A DNA stretch of 64,000 nucleotides from Amphiscolops sp. MND2022 (Eukaryota): NCBI GenBank assembly GCA_964187785.1, contig OZ076409.1, positions 53,818,001 through 53,882,000 on the forward strand, in the 5' to 3' direction. The notes beneath the pieces were generated by a model. That model saw nothing but the letters and a program-made list of their open reading frames with translations, was not told the origin of the DNA and searched no databases. Each line of letters starts with the position of its first letter. The first letter of the stretch is position 1. Made by a program: the position numbers and the translations under genes. Positions 11,829 through 23,898 of this stretch are shown here, one piece after another.

Positions 11829-13679
11829 TGTCGCAGGCTGCCGCCTGTGACGGTACGACAGTGACTACGTCGGCGAACGGGCAGGAGTTTGTACCCGGAA
11901 CACTACCCATCTATTGATCAGGTTAAAACATAAAACTTATAACTTTTACACCATTTTGATATTCAATGCGTATTATGTTTGTTGATGTTGCTAGCTTTAA
12001 TATACTTGCATATGTAAAATTAGTCTGTTAAAAGTTACATTTGAAGGTCCAAATAGTATAATTGTGACTTTGAAGATTGAAAGGTGCTCTGCAATTGTAA
12101 ACGTAATACGCGGCAATGTAGCTGTACAGCGTAAAGGAAATGAGTTCAAGTGAGCGAAACTCTTATTCCGGAGACGTCACTTGGACTCAACATTCCAGCC
12201 AATCACATCGCTTCTCTTTGCTATATTGGTACTGCTTTGATTGTGTAGTGGCCGAGTATGGCCAATTGACTCAATATGTATACTTCACTACGCGCTTTAG
12301 TCAAATGGCCGGTTCCGGCCTTCTAGATGAAATGAATTGTATACTCGTGTAATTAACCATACTAATCGGAAATTGCTGTAGATGTATCCCTGATGGTGGA
12401 TGAAAGCTTTCATACTGAAGAGTCTGCCTAGTAGACCTAGTGTTAAAATAAAAGCCGAGTAAGGCTTTCGCCCTCCCTTATTATGATGCTAGATTAATAA
12501 ACCGGATTTGTCCTTTTTCGGCCTTGGTAAAAGGCATGTTACTTTGATAGTGTAGTACTGCTTTAAACAAGCTGGACATGTAATATTTGATCTTCTTTCA
12601 ATCTATGTTAAATGATGAACACGTGGCAACGCGTGTCAAAAGGGATGCCTCTTGGATTCCCTCAGTGAGTATTGGTTTTTGTTTACAAAATAATAGTGAT
12701 GATGTTTTCATAAAACAAACCTTAAAGGTGCGGCTTGTATACTTATCGATGCGTTATTTATTTGATGTTGAATTCCTAGAAATTACCTGAATGTCAGGAA
12801 TTTACCCGGTTGAGACTTCAAACAAATATGTGCTTTGAAGTGTTGGTTAATTTACTAGTAATAATGATGATGTTTATCCCGTGACCTGTTAAGGCCGCGA
12901 TCATGTAATATTTGTTCTAATCAAAGAATCCGTGGAATGTGACTGTCACCTTTCGAGAGTATATATACCCATGTGTCGAGAGGAGAAGTCATAATTTCCA
13001 CAACCTTGTTTTGATAAAAATTGAATTGACATAGTGATTCCTAACTAGTTTTCTGGTGAAAATAATTGAATTGTTTGACCCAGTTCTGTCTTGATCCCTA
13101 CTACAAGAAAACAAAAGAAAGCGAGGAAATCGAGAGGGATAGAGATGCTCTCAGATATAGAAAACTTAGAAATTATGCTTGGTGAAAACCACTATGACAG
13201 AAATGAAAGGGAAGAGAGTGTCACTAGTAATCAGGCTAGGAGACCGAGAAGTCTCTCAAGAGATGAGTTTGAAAACAATGACGAGAATAATTACTTAGAA
13301 ACGGGTAGTTTTGGTTCCGGTACAAGTGCCAATCATGGCCAAAATTCGACAGGAGGCAATTCAAGTGCAGAGATCAATAGATTGTGCAGTGAGCTGAATT
13401 CGAGGCTATCTAGAGAACTTGATGACATGATGAGTAGTGTTAATACCCAGATCCAGAGAGCAATCAATGACGCGATCAGTGGTCAAATTATACCACAAAT
13501 CCAATCTGCCTTAAACGCCGGATCTGGACAGTTGACATTAAATAAATGGAACGTTTCGTCCGAGAGACCCGAAGCGAATTCCGAAGAAATCTATAGTGAG
13601 AAAGCCAAGAAAAGCAATAGAAGTGAGCAACGCTTTGATTACCAAAATGGCAGTCAGCCTACTCTACGTGCTTACGACA
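11829..13679 (+). repeat. 5' LTR of element A (1851 bp)
   Basis: Direct repeat of 24594-26446; TATA-like TATATATA near 12960; terminal 10-mers are 8/10 inverted. Confidence 0.95.
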
Positions 13680-14810
13680 TGGTGACAGGAGACAACGAAT
13701 CTCCAATCGAGGCTCCTGAGTTTCTCACAGGACGAATGCCACCAAGAAACCATCTTCACAGTTCCCATGACAACTTCGATCCACTACTAGACACGACGAT
13801 CCCAGCACAAGAAAGAAATGCTCAGGCCCCTGAACTAGACCCCATCAAACGACTGGCTGATGTCCTGACAAGCATGCAAAATCGTCCTTCAGCCCAACAG
13901 CTCACTATCCGCCCAGTCAACTCAAACACGATGACTTTCGATGGCAAAAGTGAAAAATTTGAGCTGTTTGAGGATCCGTTCCACACGATGATCAAGATGC
14001 AGCCTGAAATGTCTGAACAGATGAAAATTAACCATTTTCATTCGCTGCTAAGGAAAAACGCCTTACAAACATTCCGAAACATTAGCACAGCCAATCGACA
14101 GACCCTTGAAGACGTATTAAACATATTTCGACGAAAATACGTCAAACCTGAATCTCAAGCAACTGCCAAACACAAATGGCACCGTCTGGTGTTTGATCCA
14201 AACACAACAAAACTACCAGATTTCCTTGAAGAATTGAACCAAGGTGCAGAAAAAGCGTTTAGAGACAACGCCCAAAAGATGATTGACAGCCTCCTATACG
14301 CAAAACTGCCACCGAAACTAAAAAGATCAGTTAATATGGCTAGATTAGAAAATGGCTCATATGATGAGATAGTTGCTCATTTGGAGAGAGAATTGGAGCT
14401 TAACGCCCTCGAGGAGTCAGACGACCTACCAATGGCGACAATGACTTCCTCATCCGCCAAGCCTAAAACTCCTCTGTCCACTGCGCAAATGTCAGACATC
14501 ACTTGCAATTACTGCAAGGAAAAGGGCCACATGGTCAAGGACTGCGAAAAATTGAAAAAGAAAAAAGAGAAAGATGCCCAACAAGGCAAGTCGACCCAGA
14601 AGAAAACATCCGGAGTGTGGCACTTGTGGCAAAAAGAACCATCTGGAGGAAAGATGTTGGTTGGGTGCCGGTGCACATCTTAAAACCAAACGCACTAGGC
14701 CCGGAGACTCAACTGACAATAAGCCCAACCCAAAAGCTCAGAAACCTCAGCACAAGCAAACTTCATCAAGCTCCCAATCCTCATCTTCCAATGATGACTC
14801 AAAAAACTAA
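13094..14810 (+). pseudogene. gag: Gag (LTR-encoded N-terminus, capsid-like core, two Zn knuckles), one frameshift near 14600
   Basis: ORF 13091-14683 with FDGKSEKFELFED and CNYCKEKGHMVKDC; ORF 14574-14810 with CGTCGKKNHLEERC. Confidence 0.9.
13680..13691 (+). promoter_or_regulatory. Primer-binding site TGGTGACAGGAG
   Basis: TGG directly after the LTR-terminal CA; resembles a tRNA-Leu-type PBS but the cognate tRNA is not established. Confidence 0.75.
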
Positions 14811-17800
14811 CTTCGTCACGACTCCAATACAACCAACGAACTAATATCTGTCCGACAATACATCAGATCGGACCCTCCAACGCAAACTTTTCATCAATAC
14901 AATCAGCAATTGATGGGCTATCCCTCTGTTGTCTGGCAGCAGCAGATGGAAAAAGTTACCATCATCACTTACAATAATACCCATTTGTTCCAGAAACCAA
15001 TTCCTGTTTGGGATCCTGATTATACAACTACCTTTGCAACACGGTTCAGGCCCATTCCCCTGATTGACGATTACAACCCAACATACATCGACCCAGACTA
15101 TGGCAGAGATCCCTATTGGGACACCGAGCTTTACAACCAAGATCTACTGCAATTTCAATATGTCCTAGACGATATTGACTACTATAACAGAACAGTCCAC
15201 GAGAACCCTCCAATCACCCATAACAAGAAAACTTGAGCACTAATTGAAAACTGGCAAATGAACGATGGTACAAACCACCCAGTGTTCCCAAACCCCTTGG
15301 GGACCGAGAACCCTGAAACTACTGCCGAACCCATACCACAGTCACTATTAGACGAGAAACAATTCCAGAATGTACTCATAACCAAAGACGGTGAGCCAGA
15401 CTGTATACCTCTGTCAACCAACATTACCCTCAAATGCAAGAAACGCATGCTTTATTTCCCAATGGACTTTGGGGAACTGACTATTGATGGCCTCATAGAT
15501 ACTGGGGCTCTCTCCAGTGCAATCCCTGAAATGGACCTCCAGAAAATTCGTCTTCTATCTCCACAATCTGTTATCCGAGAAGGTCCGCCTCCGAACTTCC
15601 AAATAATGGTCGCTAATGGGCAACTGGAAACTCCCAAGAGTACCATAGAGCTCAAATTCGAAGTTGGTGACATTGAGTTCCATGAAATCTTCATAGTAAT
15701 GGAACATTTGACAAGACCGATCATTGGACTGATGTTCCTTCAAAGAAATCAGATAGTTCTGGACATGAGACAAGGAATCCTGAATTTCCTGTTCTTTTCA
15801 ATGCAGCTAAAAACAGCGGATCATAAATATTCAAATGTACTAGAACCAATCCTCAACCCCACCGAAATAACCATTCCGCCAAACGATAGAGTCCTAATCA
15901 GGACCAATTCCCTACTGTACCCCGAGAATGCTGTCACCGGGATACTACAACCGAGCGACCTTCTCCACGAAGAAGGCGACATCACATTTTGCCCAGCCTT
16001 GGTCACTCTAAATGATGGCAGTATATCGATACCTGTGAATAATTTCACAGACCACCCTTATAAACTTAAAAAGGGACTCCATATTGCCAATTTCTCAATC
16101 ATGACGCCAGAACAGATGAAATATGTCAAACCCGTAGACCCGGCTTCAACCTGGCACCTCATGCAAAATGACCAAGAGCAGGCAGCCCATTATGTCAGCA
16201 GCCTCATCAAGACGAACAGAAATCCTCAGAATTCCGAAAATTACTGGTTCCCAACCCCAGAAAACCCTGGAAACCCTGAGGAACACACACCTATCCAGAA
16301 ACGAATCCTACACGAGTTACAGGCCCTGCAGGACCTGGAGACACTCGACCCCACTACAGATGCAGCATCCCGTGCAAAATTCCTAGAAAACTTCGACTGG
16401 AAAGATTCCACTCTTACTCCTGAAGAAAAGGAGAAAGGAGAAAATTGAAGAATTACTAGTGGAATTCCATGATATATTTGCACGACACCGATTCGACATA
16501 GGCATGAACGAGGAATTCAAGGTGAAATCGACGCACCGGTGGCATATGGGTCCAAAAGCTTCACCCCAGCACAAATCAAGATATCAATCTATGCCAAAGA
16601 ATTCCTTGCAATTTATTTTGCATTCAAAGAATTTGGCTACATCTTCTGGGGTGCGCCCAAACCTGTCATTATCTTAACTGACAACAAAGCCGTAACACGA
16701 TTTTTCCAAGCGAAAATAATACCCCCAGCACTGTGGAACGCGTGTGATTATGTTATTCAGTTCAACTTTGTCATAGCGCACATCCCGGGGGCACAAAATA
16801 CAGCTGCCGATTACTTGTCCCGATTGGAAACAGATCCGAAGGACAAATTAGTAATGAAAATTCGCGAAGATGTACAAACACTACCAATCGAAATCAATGT
16901 CCAATCTGCAGGGGTGTCACAAGAAGAACAAATCTTCTACACCAATGATGACGATGAGACAGAAGACCAGTATTGGGCAAGGAAAGAAGCAATCAGGAAA
17001 AATCCGGCAACTGATGAGCCCACTGTTACTATACAAACTCTGTCAACAAATCTGGTCAAGCAACACCCCGATATACAAGTCCGACTGAGGAAGACGAACC
17101 AGATCATTATCGAGCAATCCAAAGATGCGGTACTACAACAATTGAAAGCAAAACTGCTTCATGAAGAGTATTCAGAAAATCTACTGCACCAGGATGCCCG
17201 ATACAGACATTACGCAAACAATCTGGAACGAATTATACTCAAGGATGAAATCCTGACAAGGCAATACTTTGATGAAACAGGGAACGTTAAATACCATCAA
17301 ATTCTGCTCCCGCAACATTTACTCCAGGAATTACCCAAGTCTTTCCACGGGACAGCGCATAAACATCCTGGCATTTCAAAAATGTTGCAGGAAATCCGAC
17401 AAAGGTAATACTACCCTAGCATTGCCAAACACGTCAAAAAATGGGTAGAGGGGTGTGAGGAATGCGCAAGAGACAAGCGAGTCCCCAACGCAACAATTAC
17501 GCCTGAATTACTCAACTTGCCCGAATGGGACCTTGGACCTGAAGACGCCATGCAAATCGACCTATTGCCGAATCTTCCCCCAAGTGGTGGGTATGAAAAC
17601 GTCTTAACAGCAATTGATGTATTTTCCAGATATTTGTTCGCCTATCCCCTTACGGACGCATCAGCGATCAATGTAGCAAAAGCGATCATTGACATCATGA
17701 CCAAACATGCATATCTGCCAACGACTCTTATTACTGACAAGGGTACTGCATTCACTTCTACAATTATTGCGGAGGTTACGCAAATTTTGGGCATAACACT

Positions 17801-18987
17801 CAAATGTGCAACAACAAAACACCCGCAGACAATTGGGAAACTGGAACGAACTCATGCCTCTTCGAAAACAAATCTCAAAATGGCATGTGGGGAATACCGC
17901 CGACAATGGCACAAATACTTGCCATTAGCAGTACTCAATCACAATACCAGTTATCATGCCAGTATAGGTTGTGAACCAACGAGAGTATTCCATGGAAGAA
18001 TTCCATACAACATCTTGGATCACAAGCTTGGAAACCATCAAACGAGCAGATCAATCCCACAACCGAATTCGCTGAAGAAATACAAATTCGGACAAAAATC
18101 CTGATTGACAAAACAAAGCAGAACATTATGCAGTCGTATATCAAGTACAAAGAATATTACGACCGCAAAGCAAAAGCCGCTCCATTAAAAGAGAATGAAT
18201 ACTGCTTTGTTGTACAGCCGAAAGCGGATCATCAAGGATCAAAAATTCCATTCCGTGATTATAGGTGGGTCGGACCATTTATAGTCCAAAAAGTTTTACC
18301 TAATGACAATTGTATTGTACGACGAATCAACACAAACGAGACTCAAATATTGCATCGGATTCGCTTTAAAAAGTTTGTCCCTAACCAACCGCTCGAGGAC
18401 AATTTCCGAGAACAGCGGTTACAGCCTGATGAAGAGATCGTCATTCCGCAAGACGACATATATATCATAACGTGGGAAACAGGTTTTGGCGAGCAGCTAA
18501 TTACACGAGGACACAATCCTATTCCGACTAGCATGCCGACCGGCGAACGGCCGAATGCGGCAGAACCGAGTCACAGTGACGTAAACGAGAACGAAGCGGA
18601 TTACATAATCACGCGAGAAGAATTAAACAACGACAATGCGACGCACAGCCAGAACGATCGCTTAAGTGATGACGTCACTAAAAGAAATGGAACTACTACA
18701 GTGACAGAAAATGAAGAATCTGATTGGCCGAATCCGGCCGTTTCCCCAAAAAACCAAGAAAAATCCTTGCCGAATACGGCAGATAGACCGGAAAACGATG
18801 AAAATTTTTCAGAAAGAAATTGACGAATGAAAACGATACACAAAATTCTCCAAACAGGGGGGATGATATTATCGTGCCCGAAATATCTGAAAACGATGCT
18901 AGAAATGAAAGTGTGAGTCCTAGAGGAAGGAAATATAATCTCAGGCCTAACCCTAACCCAAACTACTCAGAAGACTTCAGATACTAG
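14811..18987 (+). pseudogene. pol: Pol: aspartic protease, dUTPase-like relic, RT deleted, RNase H, integrase
   Basis: LIDTGA (PR); AYGSK...YAKEFLAI...LTDNKA (RH); HGTAHKH...CEEC, QIDLL, ITDKG, KLERTH (IN); several stops and frameshifts; no YxDD region. Confidence 0.92.
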
Positions 18988-19242
18988 AAAAGACTGAATT
19001 CAGATCAGGAAAACAAGCCCTGAATCTTCTACTTTTCTTTTATCTTTTATCATGTTTTTTTCCTCTCTCAGTCCCATGCGAGAAAGTATTTTGAATAAAT
19101 AATGGGACGTATGAAAGATCCCTTACAAAGAAAATAATACGGGATCAAGAAATCAAAAGAAAGAAATGCATATAAATGAAGGCAACAAAACAGAAAATCA
19201 ACAAAGTTTACAGTTTGAAAGTACATAAATACAAATGTTCAT

Positions 19243-22200
19243 TTAACCTTTAGAAGTGCCAACAGGAGATTCTTCTACGACAGAGGAAGCCCTAGACCTC
19301 GAACTACTCTTTTCCATTCGTCTCCGTTTACGGTCACTAGGAGGCACGACTGCGGGCATTTCCCCGACACTGTAGGACCGTGTATCATCAAGGCTCCCAG
19401 TCCCTTCGCCCACCCCAGGGAGGGCAGAACGGTATGAAGCAACCAGGGTCTTGTAGATCTTGTTCCTACCAAATTCGTCGACAAAAGTCCAAGGATCATA
19501 TGAAGCAGATGAGGCAGACTGACTGAAAGAAGCAGAAAGAAGAGAGAAATTGGCCAAACTGGAATCACTAGTACAGAAGGCAATGGAATCTGGAACCCCA
19601 GACAGATAACTGTGGGCAGGCAAAACCACCCACGTCCACGAGCCGGTTTTGGCAATTTGAAGTACTAATAGATCCGATACTCACAGCAGGGTATTGAGGG
19701 CTCTCGGAGGTGATGCACAAACAACTCAGTTTGAACAAGTACATTAGATGGCTATGCTCTTTCATGAAGTCAAGGTTAACAAGGAAGTCGATGAGGTCTG
19801 GGGACCCTTGACTGACATCAAATGAAGGCAAAGATAGAAGGATGAATCTCTTCTCTTCTGCAAGTTAGTGGTGAAGCTAGAGTTGTCTAAACATAGGACA
19901 CTAACGCATATCAGTTCAAAAGGAATAACCCTGGCTTATCGTAATATACTAACAATCACTGATGAGGTGATAGAAGAATTCGAGCTTCACGGGAAAAAAC
20001 TCATCACAGATGAGCGACCACTCAAAACTCTGAACCTGGAACAAATAGGAGTATTGACGGACCTAAGATATTCTCCACTTTGACAAAAGGAACTGGACCA
20101 AGATGGGATTACTTACTCTTGTCCTGACTCCCTGGCCCTGCTGCTTGGCAGAGTGCAAAGTGAGGAAGGAAACCACAAACTTCCACTCGTCCATAAATTC
20201 CTGGCACAAGATAGGCAGTGTGGAGAGCTCCAGATCACTCTTAGAAATCGCCTAAAAGAAACACGAAACGATCAAACGACAAGGCTTGAAACCTCTGACT
20301 GATATAAACTTGTCTGACGCCAAGACAATAGTAATCACTTACTTTAGCTAGAACGGGGCTGCGCTGTACCCAGTCCTCATTTGCTGATCCGCCAAAGGAA
20401 ATGACCAGGCCACGGAGTACCGAAAAGAAGTCTATGTGCCCGAAGACACTGTAGCTGCTTTTGTGCATTAGTTTCGACAAATTTAGCTGAGAGAACCTCA
20501 AGCAACTCTGGACAGCTCGCACGGAAGTAGGTACCTCGTCAATGGTCCGGATTAGCTCAGACGGGCATCCGGAACGAGCCACTATATCTGCTTTTGTAGA
20601 TATGGACGATAACAGGCGTGCCAAGGAGCCTAGTTCTCCAGTGAGATTAGTGGTGGGTAGACCACTACGGCAAACGATGACTTTGCATGGGTACTGGCCT
20701 TTCCAGAACCTCACCGACATGAAACGATTGGGTCCCTGGTCCTCGAATTCCAAAGCAAAGCACTGCAGGGTAGAGATCTGATCAGCAATGTCGCTCATGG
20801 AACAGTTGAAGAGATGTTGGAATGTGGCCTAGAGGAAAAATTCAAGAGTATAACCACTTAGGGAAGGAAGATAAACTCGAGGAAGAGGAAAGCAAAAGAT
20901 ACTTACAGTCATTCTATCTTCTCCCCAGTCAAAGTCACAGAGAGAGAGGCTTGGTGGTCGGTGAATGAGCTGATTTTAGCCCACATGCTTCGGAGGATTG
21001 CAATATCTCCATGGCTCTGGATGAAATCAGCCACCATGCTTAGCTGGGTTCGCGCGCGAGACTCGGGGGATATTAAAGGGGTAGTCCTGCCCCGGACGAA
21101 ATCCTCGTAAAAGGGGAAACTTTCCCCGATGTCAACCAACTCCACGTTCATAAACTTGGGGAGTTCCTTAGCTAGCTCCATCTTGCTCAAAATCTTTCCG
21201 TTCCTGCCTCGGACGCGGTGTTGAGTTTTGAAAGTGACGGGATCGGTACTTTTCAAATGTTCGTACCGCCATCTCTGGTCTCGTCTAAGATGCTTTTCAG
21301 TCCGGTGGTGCCTGAGAATTTCCATTGTCCCCTTACTCCGAATGGAAAAGTTTTTCTTGCAGATATGGCACCAGAACATATATGGATTGTGGATTGGATC
21401 TGCCGGACCTGAAATGAAAGACCGAGTCCACCCAATTTTAGCGAAGAACTCCTCTCGCATTGGGACTCCACGTTGGGACTGTCTCTTAGCCTTTGGTGTC
21501 TTCTTGGGCTGAGGTTTACTTTTGGTCTTTAGTGTCTGTTCCTTCACCTCGGACAAGGTAATATCCTGGCTGCTCCGATCAGTTTCTTGGCTGCCCTGTT
21601 GCAAGACGTCAGACTGTGCTGTGGTCGAAACGATCTGGATTGGGGCCTTGAAGGTGGCAGAAATTAGGGCCATTTCACCAGCGCTATCACTCTCTCCAAA
21701 CGAGGAGGAATCGCCTAAGCCTCCATAGTCAGTGGTGGTCTGGTCTTCTGAGTCGATGAAGGGCGAATCGCCTGTTTCGGCGTCACTTGAGTCACTGTCT
21801 ACACACCTAAAGGGAGTCTGCGCTCGTGACTTAAAATGATTGGTTCGCGAGGGAGCAATTGTTGGCCTACCTCGGACAGCGTCCAAAATCATCCGTTCCA
21901 TTGTGCTATGGGACATTCGGAGTGTTTCATCGGTCAAGACACGCAATAGATGGTACACTTGGGACTCCGTCAAGGTAACTGCTGTTTGTCCTGGTGGGAT
22001 CCGGAAGGCATTTGTCTCATCGAAATAAGTTTTCCAAATAGCCCGTGCTCGACCAGAAAGTTCAGGAAGCTGTGAATCGGGACCCCGAGAAGTGGATGCA
22101 ACCATTTCAGGCTGTTGTTGCTGACTGGGGATGGTTATGTCAGGATGGCCACTAGTTTCAGCTCCGGATTCGGATATCCCAGGGATACCTCCGTATAGGG

Positions 22201-22833
22201 AAGGGCAACCGCCACTGCTTGTCTCCTCGGCTGTCTTCTCTCCCTCGCTGAAATCGGCCAGGAATCGCACCTTGTGCTCATGCGTGGGCAACATGGGAGC
22301 TTCATATACGGAAGACTCGCAATCTTCATCGTCAACCAACTCTCCAACCTTTAAAGCGGCAGCCTCAACTTGTACAGCAGGAAGAAGCTCAGGTAACTGG
22401 GATTCGGGATTATTGACAACCCTTAACCCTGATTCCAAAGCATTTAGGCTAGTTTGTGACGCTCCTGCTGCATCAATCAGTATTGGGGTGCTGGACCGGA
22501 CTGCTGAGACAGAGGAGCTTGGTCTCCAGTAGGGGTTTCAGTACTGGGCGTGGCCATGGTAGGATCCACAGAAGTTGGCTGTTCTTGTGACTGAGGTCTT
22601 TCAGCCTCCATTTCGCGCACCTTGGCCTCTGCATAGATGTTCACATCCTCACTTTCAACGCTTGGAGGGGAAGTCTCAGATCTGATGACGCTTGTTGTAT
22701 TTGGAACAACACCTTCTTCAGGAACTGTCTGAAGTAATCCGGAGGGGTTTGATGTAGTCCCAGTTTCAGAAGTCTGATTATCTAAATAGAAAGAGATAAA
22801 ATTGAGCGGTATGCTTCCTTGAAAAGAATCCAT
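19243..22833 (-). pseudogene. Antisense accessory gene of element A: low-complexity N-terminus, C2H2 zinc finger, hAT-transposase-like body; spliced
   Basis: ORFs 22477-22833, 20909-22438 (WCHICKKNFSIRSKGTMEILRHHRTEKH), 20241-20798 (FALEFED...VRFW), 19568-19831, 19243-19629; GT-AG intron 20829-20906. Confidence 0.75.
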
Positions 22834-23898
22834 TTTACCGCGTTAGAAATCTTCCGGAAGTGATTTGAAAATTGAATGAAGCGTGCTTTCACGTGTTTAA
22901 TTGTTGGAAACAGGAAGCGTTATGTGAACGATGTTTGGCCCTGATCAAGCTAAACTTGTTCAAAAAATGAGGAAATCAGACCAACCTGGATTAGAAGACA
23001 TGTTTTGTGGTGATGTCCGTACGGCAACAGCCCAACGTGGGATGATGGAAGCGTGGGAAGTTGGTCGAACTCGGCTAGAGATGAAGGGAAGTTGGAGAGG
23101 ATCCGACGGGAGATGGCTACTGATGGAAGTGAAGGCAGGAGCGATCGTATATCGTTATCGAAGACTCGGATGGATGGATAATACAAATATAACAATTACG
23201 AGAGTAAAAGGAATTGGAATAAGTTAATAACCAAGGAGATTGAAAGTTGGAGTTCGTGGCTGAAGAATATTACCAGACTAATATTATATGATTATCTACA
23301 TATTTAAATTGTACATGGGGTCTGCCAGCGGAATGTACAGAAAACATTCATTATTTACAGCTTGCTTAGTTAGAGGCCGATCATGGCCGTTTGCTTTATT
23401 TTGTTTTACCGGTTTGTTCCTTCTTCCCAGTTATTTTTAGTTAGAACTTACGCCATTTTGAGTTACTTTAGGTATTATTTTCGTCATTTTTATTTATTCA
23501 TTTTTCATTTTATCAATGGGTAATTCTGATTGGCTGAAGCCATTTTGGGGAGACTCAGTAACGTAAGCCGTTAACCACCAGCAAACAACCCGTTAATTAC
23601 CCACTTGAAGTGATGTTATTTGTTGATAACAACTTGAAGATGCTTCTCTCACCCACTTGAGAAATGATATTAGGGGGGCTTACCACCTACAACTCAAAGA
23701 AGCGATGCCGCTAAAAATTTCCATTCAGAAAAGTTTACGACGACTCGGGACGATTAACCTGAGGATCTACCGCCGAGTAGAAAACCCGGGAAAATGTCCT
23801 AACTCGGCATATGACGGAATTTAGGTAGATTCACTCTGTCTTAAATTATTCAGCAATCAGTCGCCTTACCAGCTTCGAAAATCTCCAAAAAACTCATC

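Noticed and set aside
12943..12950. CTGTCACC complementary to the PBS (Tf1-like self-priming)
   Set aside because: Only 8 nt, and upstream of the TATA-like box, so probably not in the transcript
14492..22532. Numerous short ORFs opposite gag/pol or the antisense gene
   Set aside because: Shadow frames of real coding sequence with no cross-family conservation
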